Shown: positions 1-8,981 of the stretch, one piece after another
How the letters are laid out: every line of letters begins with the position of its first letter
Numbering within the stretch: the stretch's first letter is position 1
Assembly: GCA_001774245.1 (NCBI GenBank)
Contig: MEZF01000047.1
Location: 69,601-99,476 of the forward strand
DNA length: 29,876 nt
Origin: Candidatus Bathyarchaeota archaeon RBG_13_52_12
Lineage (GTDB): Archaea; Thermoproteota; Bathyarchaeia; TCS64
Direction: 5' to 3'
Notes under the pieces: model-generated
The model's database searches: none
The model's input: the letters and a program-made list of their open reading frames with translations, nothing else
What the model was told of the DNA's origin: nothing
Position numbers and translations under genes: made by a program

Positions 1-936
1 CACGTCTGCTTCAACGCCGACGGCTCAGTCACATTCAACTTCCTCGGCAAGGACTCGATCCCCCTGAATATCACCGCTAAGCTCCCCCCTAAAGTGGTGC
101 AGAACCTACTTGACTTCGCCGCGGGTGCGGGGAAGGCGAGTCTTTTCGAGGGCATCAGCTCGGGCCACGTAGGTGATTTCCTAAAGGAGATCATGGAGGG
201 GCTCAGCGCCAAGGTGTTTCGTACCCTCTACGCCACCGACGCCGTCGGGGGCAGACTCGCAACAGAGACCATAAGACCCGAGGACCCCGACTACGTCAAG
301 CGCCAGGCTGCCCTCAAGGCAAATCTCGAAGCCGCCATAGTCTGCAACCATAAACGCACTATTCCCAAGACCTGGCAGCAGAGCCTCCAGGCTAAAAAGG
401 ATCGTCTAAAAAGGTTAGAGGCTAAGGCTACGGTCAATGAGAAGGCTCTGCGGCAGAAGATCACCGGCGAGGAGAATAGGTACAGGGAGAAGCTAACTGC
501 CGCTGAGAAGAAGCTTTACGAGGCAGAGCAGAAGCTGCATTTGGCCGAGCAGGAGTATGAGAAACACTCCAAGGATCCGGGAGAGTTACATCCAAATCTA
601 AAGAAGCGGGTCGAGGCCGCGAAGAAGGCAGCCAAGGCGGGCAGGGAATGCTCCCGTAGGATCAAGAATGATTACGTGACGAAGAGCCTGAAGCTGAAGA
701 AGCGGCTAGAGGAGAGAAGGCGACGCAATAGGGAGTCGGTGGAGCGGATGGAGCTCCAGGTCGAGGCCCAGGAGATCACCCGCGACTACAACCTCGGTAC
801 CAGCCTGAAAAACTACGTCGACCCACGTATCTACTATGACTGGGGGAAGCGTGTGGGGTTCAACTGGCGCAGTTACTACCCCACGACGCTCCAAAAAAAG
901 TTCAGCTGGATTGAGGAGCGGCAGGAAGAGGATTAG
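1..936 (+). CDS. top1: DNA topoisomerase IB (eukaryote-like), 5'-truncated by the window
   Basis: Frame is open from base 1 (HVCFNADGSVTFNFLGKDSI, cf. FDFLGKDSI). It contains AKVFRT, CNHKR (catalytic His), a coiled-coil linker and LGTSLKNYVDPR (catalytic Tyr). Confidence 0.95.
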   Translation, partial: HVCFNADGSVTFNFLGKDSIPLNITAKLPPKVVQNLLDFAAGAGKASLFEGISSGHVGDFLKEIMEGLSAKVFRTLYATDAVGGRLATETIRPEDPDYVKRQAALKANLEAAIVCNHKRTIPKTWQQSLQAKKDRLKRLEAKATVNEKALRQKITGEENRYREKLTAAEKKLYEAEQKLHLAEQEYEKHSKDPGELHPNLKKRVEAAKKAAKAGRECSRRIKNDYVTKSLKLKKRLEERRRRNRESVERMELQVEAQEITRDYNLGTSLKNYVDPRIYYDWGKRVGFNWRSYYPTTLQKKFSWIEERQEED

Positions 937-974
937 CCCCGTGGCCTAGGGTAGCTTTTTCCCCGCTGAAACTC

Positions 975-1143
975 AAAATAGGTCCCTCGAACTGCACGCG
1001 CGGGGCTTCAGGTTCTGTGCCCTAGAAACCGACCTCGGCCACCTCACACGCTCGGTGAAGACCACCATCGGCTAAGTCAAGGGCTGGAAGCCAGGGGAGG
1101 GCGGTGAGGCGCCCCCAGTCTAAACCCGTATTCTAAACCACCC
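975..1143 (-). ncRNA. Candidate structured small RNA (family unknown, H/ACA-like features)
   Basis: GC-rich ORF-free spacer with nested stems on the minus strand: GCCCT 1084-1080 / AGGGC 1023-1019 followed by ACA, GCCGA/TCGGT, and CTTCAC/GTGAGG. There is an AT-rich promoter-like element at ~1167-1175 and a T-run near 975. Ends are approximate. Confidence 0.3.
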
Positions 1144-1207
1144 TTCATGCGCGATTGAGCAATTAGTATTTTAACCCCCTCAACGGTTTCAAGTCGAGTG
1201 GTCTCCC

Positions 1208-1735
1208 TTGATCGAGAGGCTGAAGCATAGGCTACGAGGCGTAGAGGCAATAGATGCCTGGGCTGCTGTCGCCATTCTCATCAGAGAAGAGGCTAACGAC
1301 TACGAGACCCTCCTCGTCAGGCGCGCCGTCGTCCTGGGGGACCCATGGTCGGGGGACATGGCGTTCCCCGGCGGGAAGAGAGCGAGGGACGACCGTACAC
1401 TCAGGGATACTATCATAAGGGAGGTACAAGAGGAGACCGGAATAGATCTCGACTCCCTTACATACATAGGCGGCCTCCCCGTGATGTTCTCATCAATAAA
1501 ACCGGATAGGGATGTACTACCCATCGTATACCTCTACGAGGGGAGGCCAGAGATCAGGCTCAACCCCGAGCTTACCGCTTACCGCTGGGTACACCTCAAG
1601 GAACTCAGGGAGAGCAGGACTACAGCGAAGGTAAAAGATTGGGAGGGAGAGGTCTTCAAACTCGGAGATGACATCATCTGGGGGCTCACCTATAAGATGC
1701 TCAACAAACTCCTCGAAATACTCGACGAGGTTTAG
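1208..1735 (+). CDS. Nudix hydrolase, CoA pyrophosphatase (NudL/PCD1-like)
   Basis: WSGDMAFPGG CoA-type motif followed by the Nudix box GGKRARDDRTLRDTIIREVQEETG; C-terminal IWGLT. Confidence 0.85.
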   Translation: MIERLKHRLRGVEAIDAWAAVAILIREEANDYETLLVRRAVVLGDPWSGDMAFPGGKRARDDRTLRDTIIREVQEETGIDLDSLTYIGGLPVMFSSIKPDRDVLPIVYLYEGRPEIRLNPELTAYRWVHLKELRESRTTAKVKDWEGEVFKLGDDIIWGLTYKMLNKLLEILDEV

Positions 1736-2601
1736 ACCAGAGCCTTCTTCAAGGCCTTCGCTACGTCAATGGGCTGCTCACCTATAGCTGCGCCAGCGCC
1801 CCTAAGGGCGTTCATCTTGCTGTCCGCTGTCCCAGCAGCTCCCTGTATTATAGCGCCTGCGTGGCCCATCCTCTTCCCCGGAATGGCAGCGCGACCAGCT
1901 ATATATGCCGCCAAAGGCTTCGTGAATCCCCCTGAGGCGATGAAGTCAGCGGCTTTCTCCTCCGCGTCCCCACCGATCTCCCCGATGAGAGCGACCGCCC
2001 TAGTCTCTACGTCATTCTCAAACCACTTTAGGAGCTCTATATAGTCGAGGCCAACTACTGGGTCACCGCCGAGGCCTACACATGTGGATTCACCGAGGCC
2101 CTGATTTGTGACATGGGCAGCGATCTCGTAGAAGAGGGTGCCGCTGCGGCTAATGATGCCGACTGAGCCGCGTTTGAAGACCTGGTTCGGCATAATTCCC
2201 ATCTTTGACTCTCCCGCCTTGATGAGGCCTGGGGTATTGGGGCCGATGACCGTTGTGTCTAATTGCTTAGCCCGGGCGACAAGCTCGATAGTGTCCCTGA
2301 CGGGTATGCCTTCAGTGATGACGACGACAGGGTTCATCCCAGCCTCGATGGCTTCAAGAGCAGCATCGAGGGCACCGAAGGCGGGGACGAAGACTATGCT
2401 CGCGTCGAGTCCATGCTTTTCCTTGGCCTCGACGACGGTGTCGTAAACGGGTGTGCCGTCGACGTCTTGGCCTCCGCGGCCCGGGGTAACGCCGGCGACC
2501 ACCGTGGTGCCGTATTCCTTCATCCTTGCGGCGTGGAACCTGCCCTGTGTGCCGGTGACGCCCTGTACAACGACCTTCGTGTCCCTGTTGATGAGCTTCA
2601 T
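1732..2601 (-). CDS. sucD: Succinyl-CoA synthetase alpha subunit
   Basis: VVVQGVTG, AGVTPG, IGPNTPG, SRSGTL, GLGGD, GEIGG and MGHAGA (phospho-His). ATG 2601 lies 7 nt after GGAGG; TTG 2607 is an alternative start. Confidence 0.97.
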   Translation of the reverse strand: MKLINRDTKVVVQGVTGTQGRFHAARMKEYGTTVVAGVTPGRGGQDVDGTPVYDTVVEAKEKHGLDASIVFVPAFGALDAALEAIEAGMNPVVVITEGIPVRDTIELVARAKQLDTTVIGPNTPGLIKAGESKMGIMPNQVFKRGSVGIISRSGTLFYEIAAHVTNQGLGESTCVGLGGDPVVGLDYIELLKWFENDVETRAVALIGEIGGDAEEKAADFIASGGFTKPLAAYIAGRAAIPGKRMGHAGAIIQGAAGTADSKMNALRGAGAAIGEQPIDVAKALKKALV

Positions 2602-2603
2602 GT

Positions 2604-3746
2604 TCAAACCTCCTTAGCGAGGTGGACGACCTTCTGAGCCGCCTCCTCCATCGTGTCATTCGTCTCTATACCTGCGCCGTGAAGGAGCCTCTTTCCCTCC
2701 TCCTCGTTGGTGCCCATCATCCTGACGACTATGGGTTTGTTGTCACCGAGCTTCTTCCGTGCCTCGATGATGCCCTTAGCGGTATCATCGCAGCGGGTTA
2801 TGCCTCCGAGGACATTGACGAAAAGTGCCTTGACTCTGTTATCTTTGAGTACGAATTCAACTGCTTTGCCAATGCGGTCGGGGTTGGCACCACCGCCGAG
2901 GTCTAGGAAGTTCCTCGCCCTCCCTCCGTAGAGCATGACTGTGTCGAGCGTCGACATTGTAAGACCTGCGCCGTTGCCGATGATGCCGATGTCGCCATCC
3001 AGTTCGACGTATGTGAGATCCATAGCGCGTGCCTCCATTTCCCGGGGGGTCAGTTCCCCCTCGAAGCTCTCAATGTACTTCGCTTCCAGCTCTTTGTGCC
3101 TGTAGAGGGCGTTGTTGTCGACGTTAAGCCTAGCGTCGGCGGCCACGAAACCCTCCGCCGTCTCGATGAGTGGGTTGATCTCCGTCAACTCCGCGTCCAT
3201 CTCATATGCGACTCTGTATAGACTCAGGAGGATGTCACTGAGTTGCTGCATCTTCTTTCCGCTGTAGCCGAGGCGCTTGGCAACTTCGTTTGCATGGTAG
3301 CTTCGGAAACCCATTAGGGGGTCGACGTTGTGTCTGACAATCTTCTCGGGGTTCCTAACGGCGACCTCTTCTATGTTCATGCCCCCCTCACCTGAGGCGA
3401 GGATGGTGTAGCATTTCGCGGCTCGGTCTACGATGACTCCGAGGTAAATCTCATGCTGGATTCTAAGCCGCTCCTCGACGAGTACCTTCCGTACGGTGAG
3501 GTCCTTGATCTTCATACCGAGTATCTGCTTCGCTGCCTCGCGGGCTTGTACGGGGGTATCCGCAGGCTTGATGCCTCCAGCCTTCCCCCTGCCACCAACT
3601 CCCACCTGGGCCTTGACTACTACAGGTCTACCAATGATCGCTGCAGCGTCTTTGGCCTCGCCGGGTGTCTTAGCGATGGCGCTCATCCCAAGGGGGATGC
3701 CGTACCGCTTGAAGACCTCCTTCGCCTCGTACTCAAGAAGTTTCAT
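2604..3746 (-). CDS. sucC: Succinyl-CoA synthetase beta subunit
   Basis: MKLLEYEAK, KAQVGVGGRGKAGG, EINPL, GNGAGL, NFLDLGGG and NVLGGITRCD; overlaps sucD. Confidence 0.97.
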   Translation of the reverse strand: MKLLEYEAKEVFKRYGIPLGMSAIAKTPGEAKDAAAIIGRPVVVKAQVGVGGRGKAGGIKPADTPVQAREAAKQILGMKIKDLTVRKVLVEERLRIQHEIYLGVIVDRAAKCYTILASGEGGMNIEEVAVRNPEKIVRHNVDPLMGFRSYHANEVAKRLGYSGKKMQQLSDILLSLYRVAYEMDAELTEINPLIETAEGFVAADARLNVDNNALYRHKELEAKYIESFEGELTPREMEARAMDLTYVELDGDIGIIGNGAGLTMSTLDTVMLYGGRARNFLDLGGGANPDRIGKAVEFVLKDNRVKALFVNVLGGITRCDDTAKGIIEARKKLGDNKPIVVRMMGTNEEEGKRLLHGAGIETNDTMEEAAQKVVHLAKEV

Positions 3747-3848
3747 TTGGTCAACCTCATCGATTGTAGGAGAGTAACCCGAGTCGAATAGATAATTATT
3801 CTGGGCGTCGAATCGGATGCCGATTTGTATTGGCTCACCACGCGCGCA

Positions 3849-4034
3849 ATGTTAAATCCCGATCAGAACCAACTATCAGGCAACATAATCGTCCTCCTAG
3901 CTAAGGTAATGGCTCTAACATGCGTCGACCTCCTCTACGATAAGGCGAAGCTCGCCAAGGAGATCACAAAAAACTTTAAGACCTCCATTCCACCAGGCGA
4001 CTACGAGGGCTTCATGAGGAAGCTCGTCGCCTAA
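3849..4034 (+). pseudogene. 3' remnant of an M20-family amidohydrolase
   Basis: AKVMALTCVDLLYDKAKLAKEITKNFKTSIPPGDYEGFMRKL resembles the C-terminal helices of M20 amidohydrolases (recalled pattern AK.MA.T..DLL..). The catalytic N-terminal portion is absent. Confidence 0.55.
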
Positions 4035-4083
4035 CCCTCTTATCCCTCTTTACCCTCATCTTCAGGGAGGTAACCTCAACTTG

Positions 4084-4908
4084 ATGGAGCGCAGGGAATT
4101 AACGAGAGGCATCAGCATACCCATTCTCGGTCTTGGGACGTGGGGGATGGGGGGTCGGGAGAACCCCGACAAGACCCGTGACAGGGAGACCGTCACCGCA
4201 ATCAGGATGGCGCTTGAGCTCGGCCTCACCCACATCGATACCGCCGAGTATTATGGTGCTGGCCACGCCGAGGAGCTAGTCGGAGAAGCTATTGAGGGTT
4301 GGGACAGGGAGAAGCTATTCATCACCTCGAAGGTCTGGCATAACCACCTCCACAGAGATGACCTGTACCGCTCCATGAGGGCGAGCCTACAGCGTCTCGG
4401 CGTCGACCAAGTCGACCTCTACCTCGTTCACTGGCCAAACCCTGACGTGCCCCTCGCCGAGACGATGGAGGCGATGGAGGAGTGCGTTAAGGAGGGCCAT
4501 ACACGGTTCATCGGGGTTAGTAACTTTAGCGCCCAGCTCATGGTGGATGCCCGGAGCTGCCTCAAAGACAATGAACTCGTGGCTAATCAGGTTCAGTACA
4601 GCCTCCTCGACCAGAAGCCGAGGATGGAGCTCCTCCCTGCCTGCCGACGAATGGGGATCAGCTTAGTAGCCTATCGCCCACTCGAGAGGGGGGCTATCCT
4701 CCAGACACCTAACGTGGTCATGGACGAGATCGCGGAGGCCTACGGCAAGACGCGAGTTCAGGTCGCCCTTAACTGGCTCATAGCACAGGATAACGTCTTC
4801 ACGATCTCGAAGTCATCGAACCCTATTCACCTCTTGGAGTTCATGGGCGCCCTCGGCTGGCGCCTTACACCGGAGGAGTGGATGCGCCTCGCGGAATCCT
4901 ACAGGTGA
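4084..4908 (+). CDS. Aldo/keto reductase
   Basis: LGLGTWGMG, IDTAEYY (Asp/Tyr), ITSK, YLVHWP, IGVSNFS and NQVQYS. Confidence 0.95.
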   Translation: MERRELTRGISIPILGLGTWGMGGRENPDKTRDRETVTAIRMALELGLTHIDTAEYYGAGHAEELVGEAIEGWDREKLFITSKVWHNHLHRDDLYRSMRASLQRLGVDQVDLYLVHWPNPDVPLAETMEAMEECVKEGHTRFIGVSNFSAQLMVDARSCLKDNELVANQVQYSLLDQKPRMELLPACRRMGISLVAYRPLERGAILQTPNVVMDEIAEAYGKTRVQVALNWLIAQDNVFTISKSSNPIHLLEFMGALGWRLTPEEWMRLAESYR

Positions 4909-4915
4909 TTAGGCG

Positions 4916-5818
4916 ACGGGGTTCCCAGCCGACAAGACAGGCCTCACCAATTGGTTCGTTATGAAGGGGAGAGGTCTAGGGTTCTACACCGAGACGAGCT
5001 ACATGAGCCCCGAGGGCGACGCCGTCGCAGACGTCGCCTGGGGCCTCAACGCCGGCCAAAAACCAGTATTCACCTTCGCATTCGAGGAGACGGACCCCAC
5101 GATGATATTTGCCGGGGCTCTCCAGTGGGTTGGGTCCTCGACTGAGCCGAGGTCCTGGATGCACATATACGTGTTTCTGGGCGGGCCTTTAGAGGCGCCT
5201 GCGGACCTTCCCTTCCCAAGCAACATCAAGATCTATGATTCACAGGGAATTGCTGACCTTCCCCACGACCTAGAGGAGCTGACAGCGCATATGGCTCAGC
5301 TTCTAAGCCGATATGGGGGTTTATCGACCGGCGTCACTTTAGAGGAATCAGTTAAGCTCACGACGTATATTACTGAGGGTTGGCCGAGAGGTAAATCGAA
5401 TACACGTCTCAGCTACAGGGCCTCAGCACGGCTAGGGTTGGGTCTCTTACTTTTCACCTCCGAGAACGAGGATGACGAGGGGGCAGTGAAACCCCCCTTG
5501 AGGCCAAGCCGGAACGTGGTCCCGCTGGAGGTAGTAAGCGGTGGCGCCAATTTCGGGGGTGCCCTGATTCGCCTCATCGAGGCTGAGGATGGTCACCTCC
5601 TCTTCTCTACTGAGCACAGGAACTACCCCTTCATATTGCGTTTAAAAGTTGCGGAGAGGGGCGGGCCTTCAATGCTCGACCTTTGGTTCGACGCGGACAA
5701 GTCGAATGTTCCACAGGCGCTCGAGTTCTCTGCGCTACTTGAAGCCGTCGAGTCATCAAAGTTGGTCAGACTACTTGGGCCCTCGGATGAGGTAGCGGAG
5801 TTAATTATTCACGGCTAG
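4916..5818 (+). CDS. Hypothetical protein, N-terminus with a possible PD-(D/E)xK-like fold
   Basis: Long ORF with host-like codon usage. GFYTETSY..ADVAW..FTFAFEE resembles a restriction-endonuclease-like core. The first ATG is at 4961; an in-frame ACG at 4916 lies 6 nt after AGGTGAT. Confidence 0.7.
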   Translation, partial: TGFPADKTGLTNWFVMKGRGLGFYTETSYMSPEGDAVADVAWGLNAGQKPVFTFAFEETDPTMIFAGALQWVGSSTEPRSWMHIYVFLGGPLEAPADLPFPSNIKIYDSQGIADLPHDLEELTAHMAQLLSRYGGLSTGVTLEESVKLTTYITEGWPRGKSNTRLSYRASARLGLGLLLFTSENEDDEGAVKPPLRPSRNVVPLEVVSGGANFGGALIRLIEAEDGHLLFSTEHRNYPFILRLKVAERGGPSMLDLWFDADKSNVPQALEFSALLEAVESSKLVRLLGPSDEVAELIIHG

Positions 5819-7095
5819 AAGAGTTCCTCATCGACCGTGCGCCGGGGTTTGAAGTGCCACTCGAAGAGGCTCGCAGCGCCGAAAAGGGCGATGCTGCTGA
5901 GGAGGAATGTCACGGGGTATCCTAAGAAGAAGCTGATGTTTCCACTGAGGAAGCTGCCGAGGAACATGGCGATGCTGTTTAAGGCGCTGTATACGCCGAG
6001 TGTCCCCCCCTGTCCCTCCTTCGGGAGGAACCGGTAGAGGAGCGCGTTCATCCCGATGGTGATGTTCGTGTAGGCCATACCGATGAGGAGGTAGAGGAGG
6101 AGGGTCACGTACAGCACGCTGTGACCGAAGAAGTATAGGCTCTCTATCGCCGCAAAGAGGAAAGCCATGGCTCTCAGTGACATGAACTCCACGATCATCC
6201 CGGGGTCACCTCTCTTACTAGAGCGGCTGAACCTCTGTGCACTCGCTAGGCCGTTTATGCATGTCACGAAGATTCCTAGTCCAGTTATCTCGAGGTTGCT
6301 GAGGTTGTTCGCTTTGAGGAAGGGTGTATAGCTGGTGAAGAAGAGGTTGGCTCCTAGGAAGAAGAGTACGTTCGTAGCCATGATTAGGGGGATGTCCCTC
6401 GTCACTGCACTACGGGCACCCTTGGTTAGTCCCTTGAAGTCCTCCAACTTCGGTACCTTGATGAGGATCACTGGGAGGTGGGCTAGGCGTGTGATGAGGG
6501 CCTCGGGGTTGAAGGTGATCGCTTGCCTCTCGGTGGCCGTCTTCGAGTCCTTCACTAGGGCTAGTGAGAGAATGAGGAGAATTGTGCTAAAGCCCACTGG
6601 GAGAAGGGCGACGGCGGTTAGTGGCAGGGACGTGAGGACGAGAAATCCTAGCGCGTTTCCAGTTAGGCTCCCATATATCATGTACTTGAAGCTGATGGCA
6701 CTTCCCTCACCAAGGTTCTCCTTCGAGACCGTGTCCATGAGTAGGAGGCTAAAGACCGTCGGGCTGAAGCTACTGAAGAAGCTGTAAATGGCGTAGAATC
6801 CGATTATCAGGTTAATATCCCCGGCCATGGCGATTAGGCTCAGCGTGAATAGCTGCCCCATTGCGCTGAGGGCTAGTAGGGGCCTCCTCCTCCCGATGTA
6901 GTCGGCTATCTTCCCCCCTATGAAGGCCGAGGGTATTAGCGAGATGTTATAAGCAGATGAGGCGAGCCCAACGCTAATGACGCTCCCTCCGAGTTCTAGG
7001 ATTCGCAGCGTGATGTAAGTTCCTATGCAGCTCTGTATCGCGTAGAAGGGTATGATGGCGTAAAGCCAGCGGGGCCTCAGGAACCTCTCCGCCAA
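5815..7095 (-). CDS. MFS transporter
   Basis: About 12 hydrophobic segments, GGKIADYIGRRRPLL (motif A) and GQGGTLGVYSALNSIAMFLGSFLSG. Confidence 0.9.
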   Translation of the reverse strand: MAERFLRPRWLYAIIPFYAIQSCIGTYITLRILELGGSVISVGLASSAYNISLIPSAFIGGKIADYIGRRRPLLALSAMGQLFTLSLIAMAGDINLIIGFYAIYSFFSSFSPTVFSLLLMDTVSKENLGEGSAISFKYMIYGSLTGNALGFLVLTSLPLTAVALLPVGFSTILLILSLALVKDSKTATERQAITFNPEALITRLAHLPVILIKVPKLEDFKGLTKGARSAVTRDIPLIMATNVLFFLGANLFFTSYTPFLKANNLSNLEITGLGIFVTCINGLASAQRFSRSSKRGDPGMIVEFMSLRAMAFLFAAIESLYFFGHSVLYVTLLLYLLIGMAYTNITIGMNALLYRFLPKEGQGGTLGVYSALNSIAMFLGSFLSGNISFFLGYPVTFLLSSIALFGAASLFEWHFKPRRTVDEELF

Positions 7096-7160
7096 GTTTT
7101 AATCTATCCCGACTCAGATACCTGCGATAATCTCACAGGATTAATAAGGGTTGATGGCTT

Positions 7161-8825
7161 ACGAGGCGGTCGAACTTTTCCTGGTGGTCACTTCCCATCG
7201 CAACCGGCGTCGTGGCCGGCTTTGCCGCCTCGGTGATAAATGGGCTCGTCTACTACTCCTGGGAGACCTTCTACCAGGACGCCTTGAAGACTCCAACTCT
7301 ATTCTTCGTCTTTCCCTTCACCGGTCTCGTCCTCAGCTACTTCCTCATCCACCTATTTGCCTGGTATAAGACGCCAAAGAGCAGCTTCCACAATATACTC
7401 GAGGTCTTCCACCTGGCACCGAGTGGTTTGATACCCAGGGAGGCGATCGTGAAAACTGTCTCAGGGATAGCTACATCGATCTTCGGTGGTTCGGCTGGGC
7501 CGGAGGGGCCATCAGCGGTCATCTCGGGTGGGTTCTCAAGCTGGTTGAATAAGATTCTGCGCCTCAGGATGGGGTCAGGCAAGGTGCTTATGATAGGTGT
7601 AGCTGCAGGCTTCTCGGCGAGCTTCAAGACCCCCCTCACTGGGCTCCTCTTCGCCCTCGAGTTCCCTTACCGGAGGGACATTGAGAAAGAATCGTTCATC
7701 GAGGCTGCTATAGCTAGCTCAACAGCGTACCTAGTCTCCGTGGCGGTGGGGGCCCCTAGCCTCGTCCCCAGCCTCCAGCTCGATGTGGCAGCCCTGCCAA
7801 TGGTCTGGTTGCCGATCTCTATGGTCTTCGGGCTCGCTACAGGCGGAGTCGTATTCCTCTTCACCAGCGTCTATGGTGCCTGTGAGAGGCTCGCGAGGCA
7901 GGTCGTTATACGTGGTGGCTACCCACTGATGCTCATCATTGGAGGCATCGTACTTGGTGGGGTGGGCTACGTTTCACCCCAGTCAGTTGGCCCAGGTTAC
8001 CAGATGGTCCCCCTCATGTTGAGTGGCTCTCTTATGACTCTTGGCGTCGTCTTGTTGCTCCGAACACTTACGACGGGTATAACGATGAATTTCGGCGGAA
8101 CTGGAGGCCTCTTCCTACCAACGCTGCTGTTAGGTGGAGCCTGGGGGGCAATGGTGGGCACCGCCCTGATGCCTTCGATGACGCCGATCTTCATACTAAT
8201 GGGCATGGCCGCATTCTCTGCAGGTGTGCACAAAATGATGCTGACCCCCATCGTCTTCATAGCAGAGGTCTTCGGGCCCCACACAATTATACCAATAATA
8301 CTATCGACAGTCGTCTGTTTCTTCGTCTCAGGTGCCTACAGCTTCTACCCCATCCAACCGGCGAACAAGGTAAGCCAGGAGGAGCTTGCCCTCGAGAGGT
8401 TCTACTATAAGGTCACGAGGAGCAGACCGAAGGAGCTTGAGAAGCTCACCGCGAGAGACATAGCGACCCGGAACCCCCAGAGGCTACACGCCAACGTCAG
8501 CATCAGGGAGGCCATGAAGGCTTTCGGTGAGACGAGCTTCAGGCTTATGCCGGTAGTCAATGCGGACGAGAAGGTAGTAGGCTACGCCACCCTCGAAGGC
8601 CTAGCATTCCTATCGAAGACGGCTCTCGATGACCCGCTGAACACGGTGGAGCTGCAGCCACCCCTTGTCTTCGGTGAGGATGAGCCCGTGATGAATATGA
8701 TCGAGAAGATGATAGAAGGAAAAGAGGATCATTGCTTCATCGTCGATGGCGAGCAGAAGCTCACGGGCATTATTTCAACCATCGATGTGACGCACCTACT
8801 GATGAGTTACTACATCCAAGTCTGA
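7161..8825 (+). CDS. CLC-family chloride channel/transporter with two CBS domains
   Basis: GGSAGPEGP, FKTPLTG, GGTGGLFLP, MGMAAF and a C-terminal CBS pair. The ORF track starts at GTG 7212, but the frame is open and helix-like back to ACG 7161. Confidence 0.9.
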   Translation, partial: TRRSNFSWWSLPIATGVVAGFAASVINGLVYYSWETFYQDALKTPTLFFVFPFTGLVLSYFLIHLFAWYKTPKSSFHNILEVFHLAPSGLIPREAIVKTVSGIATSIFGGSAGPEGPSAVISGGFSSWLNKILRLRMGSGKVLMIGVAAGFSASFKTPLTGLLFALEFPYRRDIEKESFIEAAIASSTAYLVSVAVGAPSLVPSLQLDVAALPMVWLPISMVFGLATGGVVFLFTSVYGACERLARQVVIRGGYPLMLIIGGIVLGGVGYVSPQSVGPGYQMVPLMLSGSLMTLGVVLLLRTLTTGITMNFGGTGGLFLPTLLLGGAWGAMVGTALMPSMTPIFILMGMAAFSAGVHKMMLTPIVFIAEVFGPHTIIPIILSTVVCFFVSGAYSFYPIQPANKVSQEELALERFYYKVTRSRPKELEKLTARDIATRNPQRLHANVSIREAMKAFGETSFRLMPVVNADEKVVGYATLEGLAFLSKTALDDPLNTVELQPPLVFGEDEPVMNMIEKMIEGKEDHCFIVDGEQKLTGIISTIDVTHLLMSYYIQV

Positions 8826-8981
8826 TGATGTTGACTTGCGCCGACCCGTATAGGTTTGAGGAGATGTTATCTGTGCTATCACGTCGCGCGCTCGATCTCC
8901 CTCATCGACCTCGACTCCGATATCCCGCGCGCTCTCAACACTTAATAGGCTAAGAAACCAGCATCGCTCAAGTGTGTTCCA

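Noticed and set aside
981-1015. TPP-riboswitch-like GAACCTGA...CGAGGGA on the minus strand
   Set aside because: No CTGAGA at the right spacing, no P5 stem and no downstream thiamine gene.
1081-1121. HDV-like ribozyme (7-bp G-U-initiated helix, GGCTAA nearby)
   Set aside because: The L3 loop and P1.1 GG requirements are not met, and the element order is wrong.
7151-7369. 72-aa ORF overlapping the CLC 5' end
   Set aside because: Arg-rich shadow frame; the CLC frame gives the sensible TM helix. Kept only as an alternative explanation for the start.
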